A stretch of DNA of 64,000 nucleotides, taken from Bispira polyomma (Eukaryota). Location: the NCBI GenBank assembly GCA_965649765.1, contig OZ287749.1, positions 65,100,001-65,164,000 of the forward strand, in the 5' to 3' direction. Below are positions 24,290 through 35,700 of this stretch, in pieces; within the stretch, counting starts at the first letter, position 1, and each line of letters opens with the position of its first letter. Both the position numbers and the translations under genes were made by a program. The notes under the pieces were generated by a model. The model was not told the DNA's origin. It did not search any database and was given only the letters and a program-made list of their open reading frames with translations.

Positions 24290-24543
24290 TCTAATCAATT
24301 CCATAATGACGATGAATCTCCGTACTAGCGGATTCTAAGGCAGAACAACCAAAATCACCGTTCAGTTATAATATTGTGGTGGACCGAGAGGGAGTCGGTG
24401 ATGGTAAGACTGTGTCAAGTGGGATAAGTTTGGTGATCAAGATAGGTCTCGAGCTTGCTTCGGAAAGTCGAAAGAGTAGGTGAGCACCTAATATCTTGTG
24501 TTAGGTCTTTCCATAACTTGGGTGCAGCATATGAGAAATGCTG
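24290..24543 (-). mobile_element. L2-type LINE 3' end fragment
   Basis: FSYAAPKLWKDLTQDIRCSPTLSTFRSKLETYL C-terminal motif followed by 3' UTR. Confidence 0.75.
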
Positions 24544-27128
24544 ATTTAAACTTTTTTATTTGTGTATACATATAATCTTCACAAATTGATCCCAGACCCA
24601 TTTTTGTGGTTTATGGACGATCAGATTTGTCAGAAATATTTGCCTCTGTGTGACATAAGTTGGTATATTTGGTATTATGAAAATCGGATGAGACATGATC
24701 TTCCCTCATTAGCTGATTGGTTTGACCTCTTTTTTGGTATCGGGCAAAAAGCCTAACATTGCATAACTTATACCCCCATAAGGTCTACAGTTGCTGCCAC
24801 TTATATAGTTACCAAAATACAGTCTGGGTATAACGGTTACACTACTAAAAAGTCACTTTTTGTGGTGATAATACCGGCCTTCTTGGGCAGCCTTGCCCAA
24901 ATCAACTTATATTGCACAACTGCCCCATAAGGTCCACCGATGTGGCAAATACGAAGTCGCTGTGATTGTTCTTCTTTGTATGGTATAATTGTCTATGTGC
25001 CTTGTTCATGTGTTTTACTGAGATTTTATGAAAATAATAAAATGGTCGCTTATGGTTCCATAAATACAAATACAGATTCTAGATCAAATTATGGGATGAG
25101 AGAAAGGACTGATGGTAGCACAGAATGATAGACTGTGATCTTTCCTACGTTAACCCTTTAACTTCGGTGACTGGAGTGGGGGGGATAATAAAATCCCTGT
25201 AATGTGCTAGGAGTCCCAGGCTAGATTGATGCTATAGGGCAACATATTCCTACCACAATAAAGCACAGGTGTAAGATGTTCCATGCAACCTCCTATTGGA
25301 CACAGAGGAGTAGCTTAAGTTATTATTGCCTGGCTATAAGTGACTCCCTTGCTGACTGCTAACTCACTCTATGAATTAAGAAGCTCAGGGTTCTATATGT
25401 GATGTAGATTATGTGATTGCACCCTGTGTATTATCTGAACCACTTTGGTTAAAAAGTCAAAAATTTACTGGGAACATAGACAACTTATAAAACATAAGTT
25501 AAAATTTAGTGCTGCAACAAAATAGGGAAACAAACTCTCTGGGAATATTACAAGGGTGAATAGGGAAAAAAATGTACAGTTTGCAATTCTAAATATTTGT
25601 GCATGTTTTTGTGCAGGACATTTCTGAAAGACTCTTTTTTTGTTGTTTTTTGCGACAATAATGCATTTACCAAGTTGATTTTGTTGATAAAGATATTATC
25701 AACAGATGGTTGTAGTTTGCATAAAAATATAAGAATAAATATGTTAACAATGGATCTACAAAAAAAACTGTCTTTATTTTTGTTAAAAAATAATTACTAA
25801 AATATGTTAGATCCACAAAAGATGGTTCTATTTTGCGCAAAAATGATTCTTTTGCCACTTTTGAAAAAAACATTGAAAAAATAAACAAACAAACTGGATA
25901 GAATTATTATTATTGTAATGTTATTATCATTGTAATATCATTGTACTTTCTATCTCTGTTAAGACTAGAATAGAATATATAAATGACTCATAAAGTCTCA
26001 TATAATAGAATAATAAGAGGAATCCCATATATTTTGTTCTTCTATGTGTGTTTCCTATTATATTACAACATCAAACACTGATTCCTAATTGGTTACTATA
26101 TCATATATCCAGTCTAAAAAAGCGCCCATATCTTGGATCTAAGATTTCCCTTTTCTTCAAATAGGCTTCCTCTAGGCTCTTTCCTTTTAAAATAAACTCA
26201 ATTTCACACCTACGGGCCAGTGGAAATAAATCTCTATTTAAATCCCTGTATATATGTGGTGACTTTTATGACTCATCATTTTAAAGTAGCTTTCCCCACT
26301 ACTGTCTATGTCACACATTCAAGGTTTCAGACCGTGGAACGTCTACGGTATTAAATACGAGATAACCCGAGGCTATTCGCAAGACTACCTGGATATGTAT
26401 ACAGTAAAACGGTACATAATGACGTTGTACACAAACTTTGGTGACGTGTCAGGTTAACGTTAGAGTTTATGCCTCTCTGATGGCAAAATAGTTGCAAGCA
26501 GAAAAAGTGCTATGACTGAATGTGTGTGGTAGTGCACGGTGAGCTTTAAGGCGAGAACAAAGGATCTTACTCCTGAACAGCTTAATGTCTTAAACTAGCC
26601 TCGTTTCCACAACTGCAATTCTGTGTCACATTTGGGTCAGATTTTGTGACTTTTACTTTGTCCTTCATGACACCTACAGCCTGTTCTGTTATAGCACGAT
26701 ACCTTTTAATTAGATCTTATGTTCTCTATGGTAACATTGGATCAATACAATACTAAGTTTTAAATCTAAGCTAACCTTTGCTATTATGTCTTGTACTGAA
26801 TACCTTACAACAAATCATTGAAATCCATGGTATAGAATTGGATATTCCTATTCTAAGTTCTAACCTAATAAAAAAGCATTATCTGAACTCTTTGCCATAT
26901 CTTAACATCAAATCATGCCACTAAAAGACAAACTTTACAACCAGGCATCAAAATATTATGGAGTAAACACTCTTGGTAGTTTTATATGTTGGTGATGGGT
27001 TTTACCACATTTTAAACCTATCAGATTCGATCATACAAGGTTGACTCTGTTAGGAATATAATGCATTGCTTAGTGCTAGATTTTAGGCAAGGAAGGTTAG
27101 TAGTCAGGAAGATTTTTTTTGTCAATTA

Positions 27129-27716
27129 GGCTGTTCTACTGGTAGCGTTTCAGATGCTTATCCGTGAACTCCGCCAACCTGCGCATTAACAGAGATACTT
27201 AACTTTTATGGTACCAGTCGCACAGGAAAACTAATATCTACTATCGAAGACCAATAGAAATTGATGAAGGAAATATTCATGGTTTTACCACGTGCCCAGT
27301 GGGCGATGTAGCAATATTTTACATAAAAAACAACACTTTCAAAAATCCTAACCTATATGTTAAATTAAAGGTCCATATAATATACTTATTCAAGCAAACA
27401 GGTGTACATTTAAGGCATTTTTAAATTCTGTTGTCCTCATAATATAAAACGTAACACGTGGTGGTTGCTTAGTCGAAAATTGAAAACAACTAAATATCCT
27501 TATATGGAAGTTAATACTTCAGATTTCTCTCTACTGAAACCTATCAAAACCTAATATTTGTAAGGCAGTCACGTGATTTATTTAGAAAGTTAACCAGCGA
27601 GATATGTGTATAACTTTGGTACTTCTCTTTTTTTTAATATTGACCAGACGAACAGTGAGAGATACTTTCTTTCAGATTAAATAAGATAAGTATCTTTGCT
27701 ACCAGTCGAACGTGCC
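27129..27716. mobile_element. MITE-like element
   Basis: Imperfect TIRs GGCTGTTCTACTGGTAGC and GCTACCAGTCGAACGTGCC with TTA/TAA flanks. Confidence 0.55.
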
Positions 27717-28484
27717 TAATGATAACATTTGACCATTACTTTATAATGGGTTGATCCGGGAACTATATTTTAACCCAGTGTAGCCTTGGCAGAAGTATGC
27801 ACTCTACCAAGTGTCCTTCTAGTTGGAGTGATTTTAGTATTTCCAGCTTCCGGGTTACAGAGTATTTTAGGTAGAAACGAAAATAAATGGATAGGGCTGC
27901 AACTAAAATTCCTAAAAGTAGTAAAGATTTATAACTTTGGTGAATATTCACAGATATTGAAGAGGAATGACTACTTAATAATTTCAAATGCATTCCGAAA
28001 ACTAATTCACTAAGATAAATTTTCAGTAGCTATATTTGTTTATATGCCATTCTCTAATGTTCGGCCATCTTGGATTTGACAGGAAATCACTTAGTTTTAT
28101 ATTTTTCAAGATATCTAAAAAAACCTAATTCAAACCTGTTTTCATTTATATTGAAATGTCAGGCTAGGATTGATGTTTAATTTGATATATGATTTGTAGG
28201 TCCAGCACTTCGCCAGACTTCAGTATATCGCAAAAGGCTATACGATAACAAAATTAACAGTGGTCTAACTCTAGTTAAAACTATGTAAAGCTATTGGTAG
28301 ATTTGTTTGATAAGTATTTTCTCTTAGAGGTGCAAGGTTTTAAGTTTAATTTGTGATGGAAGCATGTGTGTCCCATTTCAAATCTAACTATTTAGGAATG
28401 CAATCCTTCTTTCTTCTTTTTCTCCATTTATTTCTTAAAAAAAATCTTTGTGGTAATCCTGAAAAAACATTTACTATCAAAATG

Positions 28485-28650
28485 TTTAGCCCACCTAACA
28501 CAATCTTACCACTACTGACTCTCTTCCTGGTAACGACCCTTTTTTCTGTTCACCATAACACGATTATTGAAGAATGATTTTGCTTGTTGCACTTTAGAAT
28601 CCACTAGTAAGTAAGAGTAAGCGCCATTATGGAGATAATTAGATTATCAT
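28485..28650 (+). mobile_element. Second copy of the same L2-type 3' UTR
   Basis: Aligns by eye with 24290-24430 (CCCAC.T.ACAC..TCTTACCA ... TTAGAATCC.CTAGTA ... CATTATGGA). Confidence 0.6.
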
Positions 28651-29948
28651 AACCCAGATTCCATTTCTTTATTTACTTAAGTATAACAATGGTACTGTTA
28701 ATTTATTTCACAGCTCTTAGTACATGCAATATCTGTGGAGACATAGTGTGCTAGAAACACTTTGCAATGAAGCTAATAGTCAAATGCTCCTCCGAATAAT
28801 ATCCACATGTTTTGTCACTTAGTGTTTTGCAAGACATCTTGGTATCACGCCTCGGGATTCAGGTTACAGAGAGTGTGGAAATGTAGCCTACACTTTGATC
28901 TACAGATTGTACATAATGATAAAAGGGATATATGGGAAAACTGTAATGTCATTTTCAATTACTTTTTTGTCTTGTAATCTAGAGTGATAAAATAATCATA
29001 GTAAACTGTCATATTTGATGTATGTATGAACATTTCTTACACTTTTTTGGTTTAGTTTAGGGAAAAGAAAAAAAATAAGAGAAAATGCACCTTGAAAGTA
29101 GGAGAGTGAGACATCTGTGCAGTAGACTATTAGTGACCATAATAGACCATGCACAAAAGTTCTTACAAAACTAGAAGGGCACATAGTAGAGTGTAGACCT
29201 CCGCTAAAAGGCCAAAGTGCACAAAGATAGAAAGAAATTCCTACCGAGCTACCATCACTCACAACCAAAAGCAGGTGTCCTTGTATAAGCAAAGCCTTTA
29301 TAAACAAACACCGCAGAACATCAGCTTTAAATCTTAAGTTGTATCAAGTATATCACACACAAATTCTATTATTATGTTTCACAAGTGTAAAGTCACTTAA
29401 AAGTTACCTTTATCTTTAAAAGCAATACAGATTCAAACAATATATGTTACTATTGAATACATAAAATAAATCACATCATTAATGCTGACCATTTACCAAT
29501 AGATTTACTGCTACAAGTTATTAAAATTGGAAGAAAAAGCAAACAGACAAACAAGAACATAAAAACAAAACGTCATCATTGAAGTATACCTGATTCAAAT
29601 ATTCTTTTTTACCTCAGTTAATCATAAAGTCTTTCAAAATAAACAAACTTTTTTTTATAAACAAACAACAACTATGATAATAACTACATGCAATCCAACT
29701 TAAACCACATCACAATATTATAAAGTACCTAATGTTTACTTACACACAAAATAAGGGTGAAGTTGTTGTTTTTTGTCTACTGTTAATCCTTGAGCACTAA
29801 TTTCACTTGGGTACAGTTGTTTTTTTTTTCTCTTTGAAATGTTCCTTCTTTCCCTGTTTGCGGTAAAGTAGCCCCTTCTGTGAAACAAGCAGTGACTTTA
29901 GCCAGTTAAATGCTTTGTGACAGACTGCAACCACGTGACCATTCGTGG

Positions 29949-29949
<1 letters not shown>

Positions 29950-29985
<36 letters not shown>
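29950..29985 (+). repeat. (CA)n microsatellite
   Basis: About 18 perfect units. Confidence 0.98.
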
Positions 29986-29989
<4 letters not shown>

Positions 29990-30289
29990 TCTGGTCTGTC
30001 TACGTTAGAAAAGACGGAGTCACACCCCACCCCCTCCACCCACCCCTGCCAATAACCCCCCACTCCCTCATATTTATGTAGCCACCTCCACAACATTGTG
30101 AACTAAATACCAGCCCTGTTTATTTGGAGGTTAAAACCATCACATGTACATATTTACAGATAAATCATAATAACCATTTCTTTCATCATACCCAATTGGA
30201 CTTATAAGTCACTGCAGTACCTTAATTTTAACAGACATGAATGGTTAAATAATCTAATGGTTTAAATGTTATTTAGCTTCTTGTAGCTG

Positions 30290-30870
30290 TAATACTTTTT
30301 TTTCTTTCTTGTATTCTGCAGAATTTCAACATATTGTGCCAGAGACTTTATATTACAATTCATTACCCTAATTAACCGTTCATTTACTAATATTATCTTT
30401 TAAAAATAGGTTTGGCTCATATGTGTATTTTTTACAAGAACAAAGAAAATGGTACTCATCCTCAATACATTCTGCATTACAAAAAATAGAAACTCTTTTC
30501 TCTAACCGTTTCCTGTCATAACGACCACTTTCTATACATAATGGTAAGATACCTGACCTCAGTTGAGATATAAACGACCTTTGTGATCGATTATGAAGGT
30601 TAACAACATAATTTTCTGTGGTAATATTATGTGTATATTTGACAAAATTTCTAAACTTAGGGTTAAAACAGACATTATTAGCCCATTCTTCATACATTAA
30701 ATTTAAAATATCAGGCCTTTATCATATCAAAAAATGACCTTCCAAAATACCTTCACATTTGTTAATTTGGTCTAAAATACTAAATAATTCTCCACAACAG
30801 TTGTAATCACTGATGTTTGTCCCCTGATGTTTTATCACTTTTGTAGTTAAACGATCAGGACTTATAGTTA
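30290..30870 (-). mobile_element. RTE-X-like LINE 3' fragment
   Basis: QLRSGILPLCIESGRY...RV..FC....IEDEYHFLCSC..Y C-terminal zinc-knuckle motif. Confidence 0.7.
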
Positions 30871-31116
30871 GTTATAAGTAGTTATCTTACGTTAGGGTAC
30901 GCAAAAACTACTGAAGTGATTTTGACAAAGTTTTTTGGAGGTCTAGGTAAAGCGCTGAGTACTTACTCTGTAATTTAATGAGTATTTACTCTGGACCTAA
31001 AAAACTGAGAAATTGTTATTTTTAATATACACACTGACCAAATATATAATAGATCAATAAATTGTTTAATCTTATACCTAGAAAAAATATCTCTCTCTTT
31101 CTCCATAATACCTCAG

Positions 31117-31460
31117 TGGTCTCTGTGGCTTAGTGGTTAGAGTGTAAGCCTTTAGATCTCAGTGATCTCAGTGCCTTGGTTTGATCCGCGCTGCAAGGCT
31201 GGATATTTTACCCTTGGACAAGGTGCTTCACACAAAAGTTGTTCCTCTCTACCCAGGTGTATAAATGGGTACCTGGCCACTAATGTGTGTTAATCTTTGT
31301 ACGCCCTATATGGCAGCATGACTAGTATACTTCCTGAGGGAGCTGAGACTGAACAATTGGTTGACAAGTAGAAGAACCCAGGCTGGGGGTGTAAACTGTA
31401 AAGTGACTGGCTGAGTGGCTGAGACCTCAATGTAGAGGTGATTTTAGACTATAATCCTAC
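31117..31460 (+). mobile_element. CORE-type SINE (second copy 38874-39046)
   Basis: tRNA head plus CCCTTGGACAAGGTGCTTCAC...CTCTCTACCCAGGTGTATAAATGGGTACC core. Confidence 0.8.
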
Positions 31461-31663
31461 ACACACTTACATTTGTATATTCAATAACTAGGTAGTTTTT
31501 TAAAGTAAAGTTTTAAAGTAAATTCCCCTTCGTGTCACTTTCCCTCTCAAGTTAACTCCTGCACCTCCCATATTTATGTAGACCCCTTCCTCACCATTGT
31601 AACATAAATGCCACCCCTGTATATTTCTAGGTTGATAAACCAATATATATACATATATCTTTA

Positions 31664-32350
31664 ATTACCTCCGCCAAGGAGGTAATATTTTAACCACTGT
31701 CTGTTGGTTTGTTTGTTGACAGGACTTAGCAAAAAAACTACTGAACAGATTTTTCCCAAACTTAGCCAGGGCTTCCTTTCAGCAGTCACCGACGTCGGCC
31801 GATGTAGCGCTTTCCTTTCATCAGATATGTAGTAAATATTTAAATATAAAATTAAAGAAAATTTTTTTTTCTACATTATGTTTAAAAATCAAACAGACCG
31901 ACCGATTTTTTTTTCGCTCCGTAACATTATAAAATATGTTGGCCCAACCGACGTCTGTTCTGATCTGATACAAATATGATGAAAGGAAGCACTTGGTTAT
32001 ATTATGTAGTTGGCGGATGTCGGCCGATTTCGGCCGAGAAAAACATGCTGAGAGGAAGCCCAGGCTTGGTGGAGGGCTAGGGCACGGGCTATAGGCAGAA
32101 ACTATTAAACGTCTTGGGCAGGTCTGGACAAAGCTAATTGAGTAGCGAGTATACTTACTTTTGTACCTGATACCTTAAAAAACTATTGGGAAATAGTTTG
32201 TTTTGGTGAAATACCTTATTTATTTACTTTGTGATATGCTATCAGATGGCCGACTTTTAGAAAGGGGTCTATGTCTGTAGCTAAGGCAGAGACCCTTTTG
32301 AATTTGTACCCCATGGTGGAGGTTTGGGCTCTACTGAATGCTTTTGGTGT
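31664..32350 (+). mobile_element. Non-autonomous Helentron/DINE-1-like element; relatives at about 49790-50130, 36364-36600, 30890-31030, 16239-16270, 27783-27824, 41752-41790
   Basis: 5' ATTACCTCCGCCAAGGAGG, GTTT microsatellite, CAAAAACTACTGAAC.GATTTT block, 3' subterminal inverted repeat TGGYGGAGGT plus short hairpin. Confidence 0.65.
31765..32065. mobile_element. MITE nested in the Helentron-like element; relatives at 40681-40828 and about 56040-56206
   Basis: TIRs GCCAGGGCTTCCTTTCAGCA and TGCTGAGAGGAAGCCCAGGC; internal palindrome TCGGCCGACGTCGGCCGA (perfect at 56161-56178). Confidence 0.75.
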
Positions 32351-32351
32351 T

Positions 32352-32740
32352 TTATAAACAATATTTTATTGGAACAGAAGAATCAGGCAAAACCCCAAAA
32401 GATTATTAGAAAGCCTTTTTTGCAGGAATAAATATATTAACAAAAGAAAAAAAAGAGAAAAAACATAGAATGATGTAAGGTGTGTGGGCACTGTAGCAAT
32501 CAAAAACTATGCAATCAATTTGTTTCCTTCGAAAATTCTTAAACTGCTCGCAATAGTGTCTGGTTTGGTTCAAATGTCAAGACAACGCTACTAAATAATA
32601 GAGTTTCAGTTGTAACAGCAGGAAGATGATATAACTTAGATAACATTTGCTGTTTCAGTAGAGCATAACTTATACAATCAAACAGGAAATGTGTGTACAG
32701 GATTTTCATCAGATAAGCCACAGTCACAAGTGCAATTGCT
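32352..32740 (-). mobile_element. CR1-like LINE 3' fragment (a tail-only copy at about 51970-52118)
   Basis: CDCG..DE...HFLFDC..Y...LLF....L....N..L..AV motif plus a 3' UTR with AATAAA; the UTR recurs in LRRC74 intron 7. Confidence 0.65.
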
Positions 32741-35700
32741 CAAGACATGTAAATATTTTGTGAGGTGTTCCTTAAAAGTGCTACGGTTCATGCGCATTCT
32801 AGCATGACTTGCATTCCACTACCGATCACCTTCAGCAAACATTTTTTTTCGGAATTTTAGTAGTTTTTCATGACCCTTGAATCGTCCCATGCGTAATATA
32901 TATATATTTTGAAGGAAAAGAGGGTTGTTGCATATTTCTCTTGGTGTTGTTTTTTTCAATTTCTGTTATTACTGATAAAAAAGGCTTCAGCTCCAAACTA
33001 TTAACTGGAGGTAAATGTTAACTGTTTAGGTTGATCCGCTCATTATAGATAGCCCCCGAAATGCAAAGATCAAATAAATAATGGATTTAATAAAGACTAA
33101 TAAACTATTTAATCTCATACCTAGAAATAAGTAGTAATCTCACACTCTCTTTATATATAGATCTAAATATAAATATATATAACTGGGTATTTTCAACATG
33201 AAAACTAAAGTTTATTTTTGTTAAAACAGTCCCATACCCCAATTAAGAGTATATATCTATAAATTGTATGGGTGGGCGGATGGCAAGTAGTAGCGGAGAA
33301 AATTACCCTAGCATCATTCTCACCACTTTATACAATACCCCCTACATTTCACAATACTTTAAGATACAAAAAAAGGTAAGAGGGTGGAGCTGTGTTTAAT
33401 TGCTGTGCCAATTAGTGAGTAGCCAATTGTAGTTATTGTCTGCATTAGTCATCATGCAAACTCTACTGATTAAGTATGGTGATTCACAGCTCATCATCAT
33501 CATCATTCTCACAAATATATATATTTAGATGTGTGACTTTAACAACCTGTTGTGGGCATGGTTCTATTTTTTGTTATTGTTTAAAAAAACTTCCAGTCTT
33601 GGGTAGTGAGGTCGTCACCAGTCAAAAAATGGCATCACAATATAAATCAGATTTTCATAATGATATCACGATAATATCACGATTTAAATATATGTACATA
33701 AAATCTTTGCCAAAATGTTGCAAGATTATTTACCAACTTTTTTTGTTACATTTTAGGGAAATACCGACATTTTTATGCTCTACTCGGTCACGTTTATTCT
33801 ATTTCATCTACACATTGCTCTAAAATTAATGAACTTATGCATTAATTTTTTTGAATCCATCCAAGTACCTAAAACAAAAACTGAATTGGAAGTTCCAAAA
33901 TGTTACAATTTCAAAACCGTAAAAATCACGATACCTAAACTAATACCTTTTCTCGATGTCGCGATATCGCAGTACACGAGCTAATTCAGCAGCAGCATGG
34001 CAGAATATTTTCACAAGAGAAAAGGATTAAAGATTCTGCTTAAAATAAATTTTTCTTTTTGATGTACCATCTAGATTTTTAAATGTTCGAAGATAATTTA
34101 TTCGGAACTAATAAGCAACTTCAATGACTCCAAAAGACAACAAACTGTTCAGCCACCCCTGACAAAGTGTATGAATAATTGAAACCGTCTCTATTGGCCA
34201 CTCGGGTAGTGTATATCTAATATTATTATTTTTCCATGTCACAATTGCAGAAATTCCATTTGGCCCCTTCAAACGTCTGCGAGAGAGAAAGATACGGAGA
34301 TACACCACCGTTAATAAAGTTACATGCATAAACGTATTACTACTGCAAGTGTCAAATTATTCCATTAGAAAAGATAGACTTGTGTAACTACAATAATGTG
34401 TGTATGCAGACAAATGATGTTCAATTAGTGTATGACTCCCACAGAGAGAGAATTTATTTTATTTAGGTTCTACCTGCACAAATGACGAGATCACATTACA
34501 ATAATAAAACAACCATTTCACACAGTAAACTTGACTCTAATCTTGACTTAATGGAGCATTACACATGTTTTATTGTATAATTTGCATACATTATTCATGG
34601 TATGTACTCTTTGTGTACATATAAAATACTTACACTGGAACATTACATTAAACATATGATAAAACATCACACGTTTTTTTTAAAAATACCCCCCAAAAAA
34701 TACCAAAATATATATATACATATATATGCATAACTTTTTAATGCATTAAAACTATAAACTTGACCTCAAAAGATTTTCGTTAGTTGTAAATAGATACTAA
34801 ATAGTTTGTAAATGGAGTACATTTTCTTTTTTCACATATGACGTTGGCTAGACTGATTTATCCAGCTGCCTAATAGTACTACTATTAGTTTGAATTAAAA
34901 GACCAAAATTTAATGAGCACAACTCCCTCTTGTGTGATGTCAATCAATTGCATACTTATATAACATGTAAGGCTAAGAAGCTCAGTAATTTGTCAAGAGG
35001 GCGAAAGTTTTAAGTTTTACGGTAATCAGTTGCTGACACCAGAGTGATTGACATCCTTGATACATGGCCCGTGTGAGACTTGACAGCTTTAAAAGCTCAC
35101 ATCGCCTGACAAAGCTTGGAATTTCCCTACAGCTTATCATGGTAACAAGCTAAAACAAAATGCAAATGGCATTTGGTCAACGTAAAAATTTAATGAGTGG
35201 TTTTCAGTTATCTGTCAGCATAATGTTACATTTGGTTGCTGTTTGAGTTATGCTATTTGATTTTGTATTTGAAATGACTTCATTCAAACTTGAAAATTTC
35301 AACGTTTAGATAAATATAAAACACAAGTATTTGTATGTGTATTTTGGCTAGAATTCTCGATATAATTGATATGTAAAATTGTTATTAAATATCAATGACA
35401 CAAGTGAGTCAATAAATGATCGATTACTGGATATATATAGTCAGTCAATCAGTTTATGACAGTCGAGGAAACAAGTTTGGCATTTTAGAATAGGTAATTT
35501 CAGTGAGGAATGATCAATTGAAAAGTTCAGGGCCCATATTGATTAATGGACTTAGCTAAGTCTTAAATCCAGCACAAAATTATAATAGATTTGAGCCTAA
35601 AGGGCTCTACAGATTTCCTACGACACTGCATACAAATAGAAACAAGACAATATATATTGATTAGTCAGACTGCTCCCAACACAACACTCCAGGACACTGC

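Noticed and set aside
24878-24932. Hairpin with TATTGCAC (miR-92-like seed) on the 3' arm
   Set aside because: The outer stem pairs but the inner stem is poor, the body does not match miR-92 family sequences I know, and it lies in a diverged direct repeat with about 24758-24790. Small-RNA reads would settle it.
34259-34279. TTTGGCCCCTTCAAACGTCTG resembles miR-133
   Set aside because: A seed base is missing, the 3' half differs, and there is no complementary star arm nearby.
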